Part shown: piece by piece, positions 50,325 through 60,971 of the stretch | How positions within the stretch are numbered: position 1 is the stretch's first letter | How the letters are laid out: every line of letters starts with the position of its first letter | NCBI GenBank assembly: GCA_963753835.1 | Contig: CAVWDP010000003.1 | Span: forward strand, 162,276 to 226,275 | Direction of reading: 5' to 3' | Source of the DNA: an uncultured Bacteroidales bacterium | GTDB taxonomy: Bacteria; Bacteroidota; Bacteroidia; Bacteroidales; B18-G4 | Length of the DNA stretch: 64,000 bases | Notes under the pieces: model-generated | Told to the model about the DNA's origin: nothing | Databases searched by the model: none | What the model saw: only the letters and a program-made list of their open reading frames with translations | Position numbers and translations under genes: made by a program

Positions 50325-52693
50325 TTATTTAACTTCAACTGTCACTTTCGGAATGTGTCCGGTAAACTTTGATTCTTTCTCACAACCTATTCTTTCAACA
50401 ACTGGTGTAGCCAGGTCAATCCCCACATCGGCTGTTTCATCGGCAGAGAAAACCATTGGCTGGGTATGGTCTATCCTTCCCTCTCCCACCTTTTCACCAT
50501 TGACATAAAGGGTACCCATTCCACCTTTGGCCAATCCTCCACCATCATAGGCAAAATCAAACTTAATTGTGGATTTTCCTTCAGGCAACTTTTTAGATGA
50601 TGCAATAGTGAAACGTTGGAGCCCCAGAAAATTGTAATCATAAGCCGGCATTACCGTTTTTTACATACAATGCCCATCCACCGAAACGGCCTCCCTGTGC
50701 AATGATAATGCCATTACCACCGCCTTTTGGGACTTCCACTTCAGCCGTGATTGTTTTGGATTTATTTTTTATGTTGAGGAAAGTATTTTCTGTCATGCCT
50801 GTCATGCCCTCTGCAAGGGTCAGTGAGCTGCGGCCTCCCATCAGGTCAGGGCGGCCAACTTTTTCTGCCAGTAAACGTTCAAAAACACGGTCATCTATTG
50901 GCAGTACATGATACCTTTCGGCCTCTTTCATGAACAGCTCCTGTAATTCTTTCAATTTTTCTGGATTTTCTTGTGAAAGATCATTTGTCAGGCTAAAATC
51001 TTCATTGACGTTGTAAAGCTCCCAGATATCCTCGCTAAAGCGCCCGTCGTGGTTCAGGCTCCCAGGGTGCCTTGTGGATTGTTCTGGCCAGCCATCCATC
51101 CTTATACATGGCCCTGTTTCCAAACATTTCGAAATATTGCTGAGTATGCTGGTCTTTTGCGGATGCATCATCGAAAGAGTATAGCATACTAACTCCATTC
51201 ATTGGGATTTGCTCAACACCATTTACCTCGACAGGTTCTGGCAATCCAGCAGCTTCCAATATAGTAGGTGCCACATCGATCACATGATGGAACTGTGGGC
51301 GAAGTTCATCCTTAGACTTAATACCTTTTGGCCAGTGTACCACCATGCCAACTTTTGTGCCACCATAATCTGAACCCATTTGTTTGGTCCACTTGTATGG
51401 TGTGTCGAACATCACGGCCCATCCTGAGGCCATGTGTGGATAAGTTTCCGGGCCACCCCATTTGTCCATTACCTTCAGCATATCCTCCACTTTTTCATGC
51501 ACACCATTGAAATAGGTCATCTCGCTGAACATACCATTGCGACCTCCTTCTGCGCTGGTACCATTATCACCATAAACAAAAAAGATCAGGGTATTGTCAA
51601 GCTGGCCAACCTCATCGATAGCATCTACCAATCTGCCAACTTCATAATCCATCATTTCTATAAAACCAGCAAAGACTTCTGCCTGGTGTTTGAACAGTGT
51701 TTTTTCATCATCAGTGAGATCATCCCAGTTAGGGATGGCTGATGGTTTATCAGCTAGCCTAGTTCCTTCTGGGGTGATGCCGGATTCAATTTGTCGGGCT
51801 AGAATTTCTTCACGCATTTTATCCCATCCCTTTTCGAACTCGCCTTCATGTTTTTCTATCCAGTCTTTGGGAACATGGTGAGGAGCGTGGGTAGCCCCCG
51901 GTGCATAATATACAAAGAAGGGTCTGTTCGGTGTCAATGCCTTCTGGAATTTGATCCAACTTACTGCCTCATCGGTCATGTCTTCCAGGAAATGATATTC
52001 GGGATCATCTGGCAGTTCAACAGCAGTAACTCCATCATAAATGAAAGGAGCCCACTGGTTGGTTTCACCACCAAGAAAACCATAAAACTTGTCAAATCCC
52101 TGATGGATTGGCCAACGATCGAAAGGACCTGAAACATTGGCTTCCCAGGCAGCAAGCTCGTGCCACTTGCCAAATGCAGCAGTGCTATATCCATTCAGGC
52201 GCAACATTTCAGCCACAGGCGTAACATTTTGCGGTATGCTTCCTGTATTTCCAGGAAAGGCAGTGCCTGTTTCAATAATGCTACCCATGTTGTTCACATG
52301 GTGATTGCGGCCACTTTTTAGGGCAGCGCGGGTAGGTGAACATACGGCGGTAGTATGGAAATTATTGTAATAAATCCCCTCGTTTGCCATCTTATCGAAA
52401 GTTGGTGTGCTGACCGGACCGCCGAACTTACTTGTTCCGGCAAAGCCCAGGTCGTCGATCAGAACGATCACAACATTAGGAGCGTCTTCAGGTGCTTTCA
52501 CCTCAAAAGGTGGCGGAGGTGTAGCATCCCGAACATCAAGCTCTGTATAAAGAGGGGGAGCAGGCTCCTTAATGGGTAAAACACTACGATCAATTTCTCC
52601 TGATTCAACTTCTTGATCTGACTTTTGTTGCATGCAGGAAGTAACTGCCAGCACAAGGATCAGTAAGCAGATGTTAATGAAAAACGTTTTCAT
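50325..52693 (-). CDS. Cys-type arylsulfatase, lipoprotein (two frameshifts)
   Basis: PNVVIVLIDD, CSPTR, GKWH, GDNG; C-terminal AQGGRFGG lectin-like domain. Confidence 0.92.
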
Positions 52694-52831
52694 AAGATGG
52701 CATTTTTGGGGTTAATATTTATCACGGAATTAAGTATAAATTTACGGTATAAATTGCCGGAATTATATAAAGTTTCTAAAAAATACCGATTAATGAGTAC
52801 ATGTGAATTAAAACCTGCATTTTTGTGTCAT

Positions 52832-52857
52832 TGCAACCCTTCAATTTTTCTTTTGTC
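52832..52857 (+). promoter_or_regulatory. Putative ECF-type promoter (TGCAACC-N15-TGTC)
   Basis: Same architecture and spacing as 36120-36145. Confidence 0.45.
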
Positions 52858-52886
52858 CTTAAGGGTAAAAAAATTACAATTACATC

Positions 52887-53660
52887 ATGAAAACAAAAAC
52901 AACACTAATTGCGCTGATCACAGCTTTTTTCCTTGTAAATACCGCCTGTAATAAAACCGGGACCAGGATCAAAGGGAACGGAAATGTAACTACTGAAACC
53001 CGCAGCATGCCTGCATTTAACAAGGTCGTGAACGAAGGCTCCTTTGATGTGTATATCATACAGGATTCTGTTTATGAAGTAACCATTGAAGCCGAATCAA
53101 ACCTGATCTCCAGCATCAGGACCAATATGTCGGGAAGCACACTGATCATCGACACCAAAGACAATCTGAAGAATACTTATCCGATGAAACTTTATATCCG
53201 GACGCCGGATGTAAATGGTGTTTCACTAAGCGGCTCTGGTATCATCGACCTCGGAACCGTAGTCACCACAAGCCTTGAGGTGCAATTATCCGGCTCCGGA
53301 AATATCACAGGTTCGGTTGATGCCGACGATCTCAGCATAAGCATTAATGGGTCAGGAGATGCCTCCATGACTGTAGTATGCACTACCATTGAAACTTCCA
53401 TTAGCGGATCCGGAAGCATGCAGTTTAATGGATCCGCAACCATAGCTCATTTTAATATCAGCGGTTCCGGGGCAGTGAAGGCTTACGAATTTGAACTGAA
53501 AAACTGTTATACAAACATCTCAGGGTCTGGTGATATGTTTGTAAATGTATCAGATATTCTTGATGTCAAGATCTCCGGCAGCGGGTCAATATATTTTATG
53601 GGATATCCGCAGATCACAAGTGATATTACTGGCTCAGGTAGTATTATTAGCGTGAACTAA
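52887..53660 (+). CDS. Head GIN domain/DUF2807 lipoprotein
   Basis: IKGNGNV, repeated ISGSG units. Confidence 0.9.
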   Translation: MKTKTTLIALITAFFLVNTACNKTGTRIKGNGNVTTETRSMPAFNKVVNEGSFDVYIIQDSVYEVTIEAESNLISSIRTNMSGSTLIIDTKDNLKNTYPMKLYIRTPDVNGVSLSGSGIIDLGTVVTTSLEVQLSGSGNITGSVDADDLSISINGSGDASMTVVCTTIETSISGSGSMQFNGSATIAHFNISGSGAVKAYEFELKNCYTNISGSGDMFVNVSDILDVKISGSGSIYFMGYPQITSDITGSGSIISVN

Positions 53661-53761
53661 AGGTGCCAGGTGCTAGCTACTGGGATATAAAATGCGTCCG
53701 TCACGTTTGGTTTTTCCAACCTGGCGGGCGTTTGTCATTGTCCATTGTCCATTGACCATTG

Positions 53762-53853
53762 CCCATTTCTCATGGTCTCCCACTCCATAACTTTAAGTAC
53801 TCCAAGTGCTCCAAGTACTCTAAGTACTTTAAGTACTCTAAATACTTTAAATA
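53762..53853 (+). repeat. Repeat block with 9-mer TAAGTACTY array (left of SDR)
   Basis: Direct-repeat partner of 54715-54857. Confidence 0.8.
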
Positions 53854-53895
53854 TCTTTGCCCCAAACTTAATCAGATAACAGAAAGAAGCAACAG

Positions 53896-54699
53896 ATGAA
53901 CAAAAAGTCCGGAAAACTAGCCCTGATCACAGGAGCTTCAGCTGGCATAGGGAAAGAACTGGCCAAAATACATGCCGCTTGCGGAGGAGATCTTTTACTT
54001 ATCGCGAGAAGGAGGGACCGACTGGAATTGATCAAAACCGAACTGGAAGAGAAGTATGATGTTATGGTGTATATCATGGCCATCGACCTTGCAGAGCAGG
54101 ATGCACCGGAAAGAATATTCAAGGAAGTAAAAAGGCTGGGCCTTAAGGTCGATTACCTGATCAACAATGCTGGGTTCAGCCAGCAGGGATATTTTCATGA
54201 GATAAGCTGGAAGGTACAGGAATCAATGATTATGGTGAACGTAATGGCCATGGTAAGGCTTACCCACTTATTATTGCCTGGAATGCTGGAAGCTAAGCTG
54301 GGTAAAATTATGTTTGTTGCATCATCAGCTGCTTTTGCTCCGGGAGGACCACTGCAGGCAATTTATTATGCCTCAAAATCATTTCTTGTTTCCTTTTCCC
54401 GAGGCTTAGCCGGAGAGCTCTCGAAAACCAACATAAGCATAACCGCCCTATGCCCAGGAGCTACCGCAACAGAATTTGAAAAGACATCAGGCCTTGATAA
54501 AACGCCTCTTTTTTCAAAGGAAAAGGTATTTACAGCCACTGAAGTGGCTTCAGATGGATACCAGGCCATGCTTGATGGTGATTTGATAAAGATGACCGCC
54601 CTGACCCCTGCAAATAGATTTGTACTTAAAAACATGAACATCTTTCCCACTAAAAGGGTTTTGCAACAGATCAAGACCCGTCAGCAAACTAAAGGCTAA
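53896..54699 (+). CDS. Short-chain dehydrogenase/reductase
   Basis: TGASAGIG, NNAG, YYASK, CPG.T.TEF. Confidence 0.93.
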   Translation: MNKKSGKLALITGASAGIGKELAKIHAACGGDLLLIARRRDRLELIKTELEEKYDVMVYIMAIDLAEQDAPERIFKEVKRLGLKVDYLINNAGFSQQGYFHEISWKVQESMIMVNVMAMVRLTHLLLPGMLEAKLGKIMFVASSAAFAPGGPLQAIYYASKSFLVSFSRGLAGELSKTNISITALCPGATATEFEKTSGLDKTPLFSKEKVFTATEVASDGYQAMLDGDLIKMTALTPANRFVLKNMNIFPTKRVLQQIKTRQQTKG

Positions 54700-54714
54700 A
54701 CGCCATACTCATTT

Positions 54715-54857
54715 CCCATTTCTCATAGTCTCTCCCTCTCATATTCTCACCCTCTCATAGTCTCCTCATCTCCCGCCCCCCCATCCCCAACTTTAAGTAC
54801 TCCAGGTACTCTAAGTACTTTAAGTATTTTAAGTGCTCTAATTACTCTAATTACTTC
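54715..54857 (+). repeat. Repeat block with 9-mer TAAGTACTY array (right of SDR)
   Basis: AACTTTAAGTACTCCA identical at 53789 and 54789. Confidence 0.8.
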
Positions 54858-54945
54858 ACTTTGTAACAAAAACATCCCCAACTAAGTAAAAACCCCTAGG
54901 CAATAATGGATATAATCACTTAACGGGTGCACATGTCTTAATGTC

Positions 54946-55088
54946 TAAATTTGATACCAGGGTTATAAGGCATCCATCCTGACCGGAGGCAAGCCTTTGT
55001 TTTCAAGCTTAATAACGATCAAAGCGGAAAACCCTGAACGAATTACGAGGGTAAACAATTTGTAACAAAACCAAAGCTTTATCAAATT
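54946..55088 (+). promoter_or_regulatory. Promoter (TAAATTTG) and candidate structured 5' leader of the S8 protease
   Basis: -7 motif at 54946-54953; nested complementary segments at 54958-55052. Confidence 0.4.
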
Positions 55089-58000
55089 ATGAAGAAACTT
55101 ACTATTATGCTTAGCTGCATATTTTTTGTGGCGGCACAAATAAATGGTCAGGCAGTGACCAACAAGACTGCCCTGAATGAATTCTCACAACAAAAGGCAG
55201 CAGAGTTCCAGGTCAAAAAAGCAGAAGCTTTAAACTTTGCAAATCAGAACAATCTCCCATTCATTATTGACAATGATGAAGTATTGATGGAGCTGATGTA
55301 CATCGATGATCTGGGTCAGCCACAATATTATATCACCAATAACACCAATGCATCGGCTACCGTTTCAACCAATAAGGTTAATTCGGGTGGAGGTTATGGT
55401 TATAGCCTCGATGGCACCGGAATGACCGTGCATGAGTGGGATGGCGGTGCAGTACTTAGCACTCACCAGGAATACAGCGGAAGGGTTGTTATGGGAGATG
55501 GGGCTACCACCACCCACTATCACTCAACACACGTCGCAGGCACAATGATCGCCTCCGGTGTGGTTGCTAATGCCAAGGGAATGGCTCCTAATGCAGATTT
55601 AAGGGCTTTCGACTGGAATAGTGATGAAGCGGAGATGGCCAGTGAGGCAGCAAATAACAATGCACTCGTATCAAACCACTCCTATGGGTATGGTCGTGGC
55701 TGGGTATGGACAGGAACCACATGGCAGTGGTATGGGAATACCAGCATCAGTACACAGGAGGATTATCTTTTTGGTTTCTATGATGACCAGGCACAATCCT
55801 GGGATCAAATCGCATACAATGCACCATATTACCTGATTTTCAAATCAGCAGGAAATGATCGTGGAGATGGCCCTTCGAATCCGCAATATCCACTCGATGG
55901 TCCGTACGATTGTGTATCACATGCCAGCTTAGCCAAGAATGTCTTATCCGTTGGTGCGGTTAATGATATACCCGGAGGCTATACAGACCCTTCAAGTGTG
56001 GTTATCAGCTCTTTCAGCGCCTGGGGACCTGTAGATGACGGCCGTATCAAACCTGATGTGGTTGCAAACGGTGTAAGCTTGTATTCTACTGATAATGGCA
56101 ACAACACTGATTACACATCTTTGAGTGGCACCTCCATGTCGAGCCCTTCGGCTGCAGGATCTGCCATCCTTCTTCAGGAACATTATGAAAACCTGAACGG
56201 AACAGGAACCTTTATGCTTGCTTCAAGCCTTAAAGCGGTGATCATACATACCGCGGATGAAGCTGGAAGTTATGATGGCCCTGACTATGAATTTGGATGG
56301 GGACTGATGAATACTCTCACAGCTGCTGAGGTGATATCTGATGATGCATCTCTCAATACCATAGAAGAAATAACACTGAATAGCGGAACCAGCTATCAGC
56401 GAACAGTTACTGCAGATGGCAGTGAGCCTTTAAAGGTGACCATCGTTTGGACAGACGTTGCAGGGACACCGGTAGGTGCTTCACTCGATCCAAGCGATGC
56501 GATGATCGTGAATGAACTCGATCTTAGGATCACACAGGCTTCCAATACGTATTACCCCTGGAAACTTGACCGGAATAACCCTTCCAATGCAGCCACACGT
56601 AGTGGAGAGAATAATGTAGACAATGTGGAGGTGGTTACCATCGACAACCCTATCGCTGGAATGGACTACACAATAGTTGTAGACCATGATGGATCACTTT
56701 CAGGAGGATCACAGGTGTTTTCTTTGGTTGTGACCGGAATCGGAACAGCCACACCCCTTCCTCCGCTTGCAGACTTTTCAGCAGATGAAACAAATCCTCT
56801 TACTGGCTCAACAGTTACCTTTACAGATCTTTCAACCAACGGTCCCACAAGCTGGACCTGGTCATTTGATCCGGCAACAGTCACTTTTGTGAACGGGACA
56901 AATTCGGGCTCGCAATATCCGGAAGTTACCTTTAATGCAGCCGGAAGTTATGATGTTACACTCGTTGTTACAAATGCATATGGATCAGACTCAGAAGTAA
57001 AGACTTCTTTTATCAATGCCAGCGAACCGCAGCCATTCTCACTACCGTGGACTGAAGATTTTGAAGGAGCCATAACGACAACCTATACGGCCAATACAGC
57101 AAGTGTTAATGGTCTGCCGGAATGGAGCTATGAAAAAACTGCCAATGGGCGGTTACGTTTTACTGCAGGTAGTGGTTTCTATTTATCAGGAAGTCATGCG
57201 GCAACCATTGATGCGAATCCATCAGGAAGCTATTCGGTAAATTACTTAACTGCTACGCTGAACCTTACGGATTATGCTGCTTCCTCAAGCCTGGAGCTGT
57301 CATTTAATTTTATGCATCATGGAGAAGAATCACATGCGAACGACCGTGTTTGGATCAGGGGTAGCAATACCGATAGCTGGATAGAGATCTACGACCTGTA
57401 TTCGAATCGTGGAACTGCAGGTGCCTGGAACTATGTGAATCAAGTTGATATTGATGCACTGCTCGGCGGAGCGGGGCAATCACCCTCAGCCACCTTTCAG
57501 ATCCGTTTCGGGCAGGAGGATAACTACCCTGCCACCAGCACTACAGCCAGCGATGGATTTTCCTTCGATGATATCACCATCAAGGAGATCGATCCCAATG
57601 CATACATCATTAATACATTCCCATATTCACAGAGCTGGGAAGATGGTATAGGTTTATGGAGCCAGGGAAACAATGATGATTTCGACTGGAGCCGAAACAG
57701 CGGAGGAACTCCTTCCAGCTCGACCGGCCCCTTAGGTGCCCACGATGGAAGCTATTATATGTTTACTGAATCATCAAGTCCCAGGGCTAATGGCGATGAA
57801 GCCCACCTGGAAGCGACTTTTAACTTCACTGCCCTTCAAACACCAGAGCTATCATTTTTCTACCATATGTTTGGGGTTTCTATAGCTTCATTGCATGTGG
57901 ATGTTTACGACGGAGTTTGGAATAACAGTGTATGGTCAGCCGTTGGGCCCCAGCAAAGTGCACAGGGTGACCCATATGAACAAGCGGTGATAGATCTCTC

Positions 58001-59681
58001 TGCATGGGGCGGACAAAACAATATTGTTGTTCGTTTCAGGGGAGTTGTCGGAAGTGGTGCCGGATCAACCTATTACAGTGATATTGCGATTGACCTCATC
58101 GAGGTAAACGGCAGTAGCACACCAAATCCACCGGAAGCTGATTTTTCAGCAAACAATACCAATATTGGGACTGGTGGAAGCGTACAGTTTACCGACTTGT
58201 CATCATACAATCCAACTGAATGGGAATGGACCTTTGAAGGAGGTTCACCTGCAAACAGCGCTGAGCAGAATCCGAGTATATCCTATAGTACTGCAGGGAC
58301 CTATACTGTTACTTTGACGGCCACTAATACCATCGGTTCCGATACGGAAACCAAGACTGGATATATTACGGTGATTGATCCGCCAGTGGCTGATTTCATA
58401 GCTGATATAACAACGATTGATGCAGGACAAAGTGTTCGGTTTACTGATCTTAGTATTAACAATGCTGATACATGGTCCTGGACTTTCGAAGGAGGAACAC
58501 CAACAAGCAGCAATGCCCAGCATCCACAAATAATTTATAACACCGCTGGAACTTATACCGTAACGCTCATAGCAAGCAATGCATATGGGTCAGATACTGA
58601 AACAAAAACCAATTATATAACGGTTAACGCAATTCCCACACCACCCGTTGCCGAATTCAGTGCCAATAATACATCTGTGTTTACAGGTGAGTCGGTTAGC
58701 TTTACCGATCTTTCAACAAATAATCCAGCTTCCTGGTCATGGACTTTTAATGGTGGGGATCCTTCCAGCAGTACAGATCAACATCCAAACGTAAACTATA
58801 ATACTGTGGGAGTCTATACCGTTGAGCTTACCGTAAGCAATGCCGATGGGTCAGATACAGAAACCAAGGTCGACTACATTACAGTTACTGACCCGCCAAC
58901 AAGCACCGAACTCAGTTTTACAGATTTTGAAGGAGGTTGGGGCATCTGGACTGACGGAGGCGGTGATTGTTCACTGTATACTTCTGGAACCTACGCATGG
59001 AGTGGAAGCAATGCTGCTGACATTCAGGATAATTCCGGTGTTGCATCTTCATTTTATATGACCAATGGTGCAGATATTCATACGGATAATTATACTAAAC
59101 TGGAGATAGAATTCTACTTCATTGCGATCAGTATGGATAATACCAAAGAAGACTTCTGGGTACAGTATTTTGATGGAACCACCTGGCATACTGTGGCCGT
59201 CTTTACGAAGGGAATAGATTTCGACAATAACGCATTCTATGTTGCTACAGTAAATGTGTTTGAGGAAGACTATGTTTTCCCCAGTGATATGAAAATCAGG
59301 TTCATGTGTGATGCCAGTGGGAACAGGGATGATGTCTATATTGATGATATCAGGATTACAGCAAATTATGACAATACGTCTAATGCACGATTGGTGTTAG
59401 TTAAACCCCCGCTCAGTCAACCATTTGTCTCCTCACATGAAATTGAGGAATTCCAAATGAAAATTTATCCTAACCCTGTGCAGGATCAGTTGAAGATTGA
59501 GGTACCAGGATCGGAAGATCTGCAAGTATATATCTTCAGCGTCACAGGACAATTGATGTTTGAAGGGAAAGAACTTGATATACAGGAAAGCATCAATGTC
59601 GCCAGCTACAAGAAAGGTTTATATATTGTGAAGGTGATCAGCGATGGTGAAGTATTTACCACAAAGCTCATCAAGCAATAA
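55089..59681 (+). CDS. T9SS-secreted S8 subtilase with PKD x4 and MAM domains
   Basis: EWDGG, HSTHVAGT and GTSMSSP triad; FTDLS...W.W.F PKD repeats; DDFDW...GTPS..TGP MAM; IYPNP sorting domain. Confidence 0.93.
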   Translation: MKKLTIMLSCIFFVAAQINGQAVTNKTALNEFSQQKAAEFQVKKAEALNFANQNNLPFIIDNDEVLMELMYIDDLGQPQYYITNNTNASATVSTNKVNSGGGYGYSLDGTGMTVHEWDGGAVLSTHQEYSGRVVMGDGATTTHYHSTHVAGTMIASGVVANAKGMAPNADLRAFDWNSDEAEMASEAANNNALVSNHSYGYGRGWVWTGTTWQWYGNTSISTQEDYLFGFYDDQAQSWDQIAYNAPYYLIFKSAGNDRGDGPSNPQYPLDGPYDCVSHASLAKNVLSVGAVNDIPGGYTDPSSVVISSFSAWGPVDDGRIKPDVVANGVSLYSTDNGNNTDYTSLSGTSMSSPSAAGSAILLQEHYENLNGTGTFMLASSLKAVIIHTADEAGSYDGPDYEFGWGLMNTLTAAEVISDDASLNTIEEITLNSGTSYQRTVTADGSEPLKVTIVWTDVAGTPVGASLDPSDAMIVNELDLRITQASNTYYPWKLDRNNPSNAATRSGENNVDNVEVVTIDNPIAGMDYTIVVDHDGSLSGGSQVFSLVVTGIGTATPLPPLADFSADETNPLTGSTVTFTDLSTNGPTSWTWSFDPATVTFVNGTNSGSQYPEVTFNAAGSYDVTLVVTNAYGSDSEVKTSFINASEPQPFSLPWTEDFEGAITTTYTANTASVNGLPEWSYEKTANGRLRFTAGSGFYLSGSHAATIDANPSGSYSVNYLTATLNLTDYAASSSLELSFNFMHHGEESHANDRVWIRGSNTDSWIEIYDLYSNRGTAGAWNYVNQVDIDALLGGAGQSPSATFQIRFGQEDNYPATSTTASDGFSFDDITIKEIDPNAYIINTFPYSQSWEDGIGLWSQGNNDDFDWSRNSGGTPSSSTGPLGAHDGSYYMFTESSSPRANGDEAHLEATFNFTALQTPELSFFYHMFGVSIASLHVDVYDGVWNNSVWSAVGPQQSAQGDPYEQAVIDLSAWGGQNNIVVRFRGVVGSGAGSTYYSDIAIDLIEVNGSSTPNPPEADFSANNTNIGTGGSVQFTDLSSYNPTEWEWTFEGGSPANSAEQNPSISYSTAGTYTVTLTATNTIGSDTETKTGYITVIDPPVADFIADITTIDAGQSVRFTDLSINNADTWSWTFEGGTPTSSNAQHPQIIYNTAGTYTVTLIASNAYGSDTETKTNYITVNAIPTPPVAEFSANNTSVFTGESVSFTDLSTNNPASWSWTFNGGDPSSSTDQHPNVNYNTVGVYTVELTVSNADGSDTETKVDYITVTDPPTSTELSFTDFEGGWGIWTDGGGDCSLYTSGTYAWSGSNAADIQDNSGVASSFYMTNGADIHTDNYTKLEIEFYFIAISMDNTKEDFWVQYFDGTTWHTVAVFTKGIDFDNNAFYVATVNVFEEDYVFPSDMKIRFMCDASGNRDDVYIDDIRITANYDNTSNARLVLVKPPLSQPFVSSHEIEEFQMKIYPNPVQDQLKIEVPGSEDLQVYIFSVTGQLMFEGKELDIQESINVASYKKGLYIVKVISDGEVFTTKLIKQ

Positions 59682-59698
59682 CCCTTTGATAATGCTTG

Positions 59699-59731
59699 AA
59701 CCCTCTGCTTTACCCGGCAGGGGGTTTTTTT
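59699..59731 (+). terminator. Intrinsic terminator of the protease gene
   Basis: AACCCTCTGC..GCAGGGGGTT plus T tract. Confidence 0.8.
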
Positions 59732-60949
59732 ATAGAAGATAGAAGAATGAAGAAGTGGATATAAGAAGGAGAAGGAGATGGTGGAAGGAAAAGTACTTCT
59801 TCTCTCTTCTATCCTCTATCTGCAATCGTCCTTAAAAATCTCTCTTCTACAATCTCTTGCTGAATCCGAGTTATCGAGTTATCAGTAACGAATATCAGAG
59901 TACTAGGAATTTCCTGGCTATGATCGTCAATGGACGAACAAATAGCACATACAATTCTTGAGTAACACGCCAGTTTGAGCCCTGAATCTTCAGACTCTCA
60001 GGATCGGCAGGGTTTTTTTATAGAAGATAGAAGAATGAAGAAGTGGATATAAGAAGGAGAAGGAGATGGTGGAAGGAAAAGTACTTCTTCTATCTTCTAT
60101 CCTCTTCTGCAATCGTCTTCAAAAATCTCCTTCTACAATCCCTTGTGAATACCTCGAGTATCGAGTAACGAATATCGAGAGTACCAGGAATTTCCTGGCT
60201 ATGATCGTCAATGGACGAACAAATAGCACATACAATTCTTGAGTAACACGCCAGTTTGAAGCCCTGAATCTTCAGACTCTTAGGATCGGCAGGTTTTTTT
60301 ATAGAAGATAGAAGAATGAAGAAGTGGATATAGGAAGGAGAAGGAGATGGTAGGAGGAAAAGTACTTCTTCTATCTTCTATCCTCTTCTGCAATCGTCTT
60401 CAAAAATCTCCTTCTACAATCCCTTGTGAATACCGAGTATCGAGTATCGAGTAACGAATATCGAGAGTACCAGGAATTTCCTGGCTATGATCGTCAATGG
60501 ACGAACAAATAGCACATACAATTCTTGAGTAACACGCCAGTTTGAAGCCCTGAATCTTCAGACTCTTGGGATCGGCAGGTTTTTTTATAGAAGATAGAAG
60601 AATGAAGAAGTGGATATAGGAAGGAGAAGGAGATGGTGGAAGGAAAAGTACTTCTTCTCTCATCTATCGCATTGTCCTTACTCTTTCAACGTTCTCATCT
60701 TACTCTCGACCATCTCAATTCTCCATTCCATCCAACATCCTAGCTTTTAGCCCGAATTTTCATACCCACAGAATCGGCAGGTTTTTTTATAGAAGATAGA
60801 AGAATGAAGAAGTGGATATAGGAAGGAGAAGGAGATGGTAGGAGGAAAAGTACTTCTTCTATCTTCTATCCTCTTCTGCAATCGTCTTTAAAAATCTCCT
60901 TCTACAATTCCTTGTGGATACCGAGTAACGAGTAACGAGTATCGAATAT
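59715..60949. repeat. Tandem array of ~285-bp non-coding units (3 full, 1 degenerate, 1 partial)
   Basis: CGGCAGG-T7-ATAGAAGATAG unit starts at 59715, 60005, 60287, 60573 and 60775. Confidence 0.93.
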
Positions 60950-60971
60950 GAAAATCGAATAACGGGTGTTA

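Noticed and set aside
1694-52693. Many frameshifts read as pseudogenisation or programmed frameshifting
   Set aside because: They also hit normally essential glnS, plsX and fabH, show no accompanying decay, and cluster in patches. Long-read consensus indels are the simplest explanation; short-read polishing would decide.
60400-60663. 87-aa ORF inside the tandem array
   Set aside because: Low complexity, and the frame is not preserved between units
59715-60949. CRISPR array
   Set aside because: Whole ~285-bp units repeat with no unique spacers, and there are no cas genes in the window
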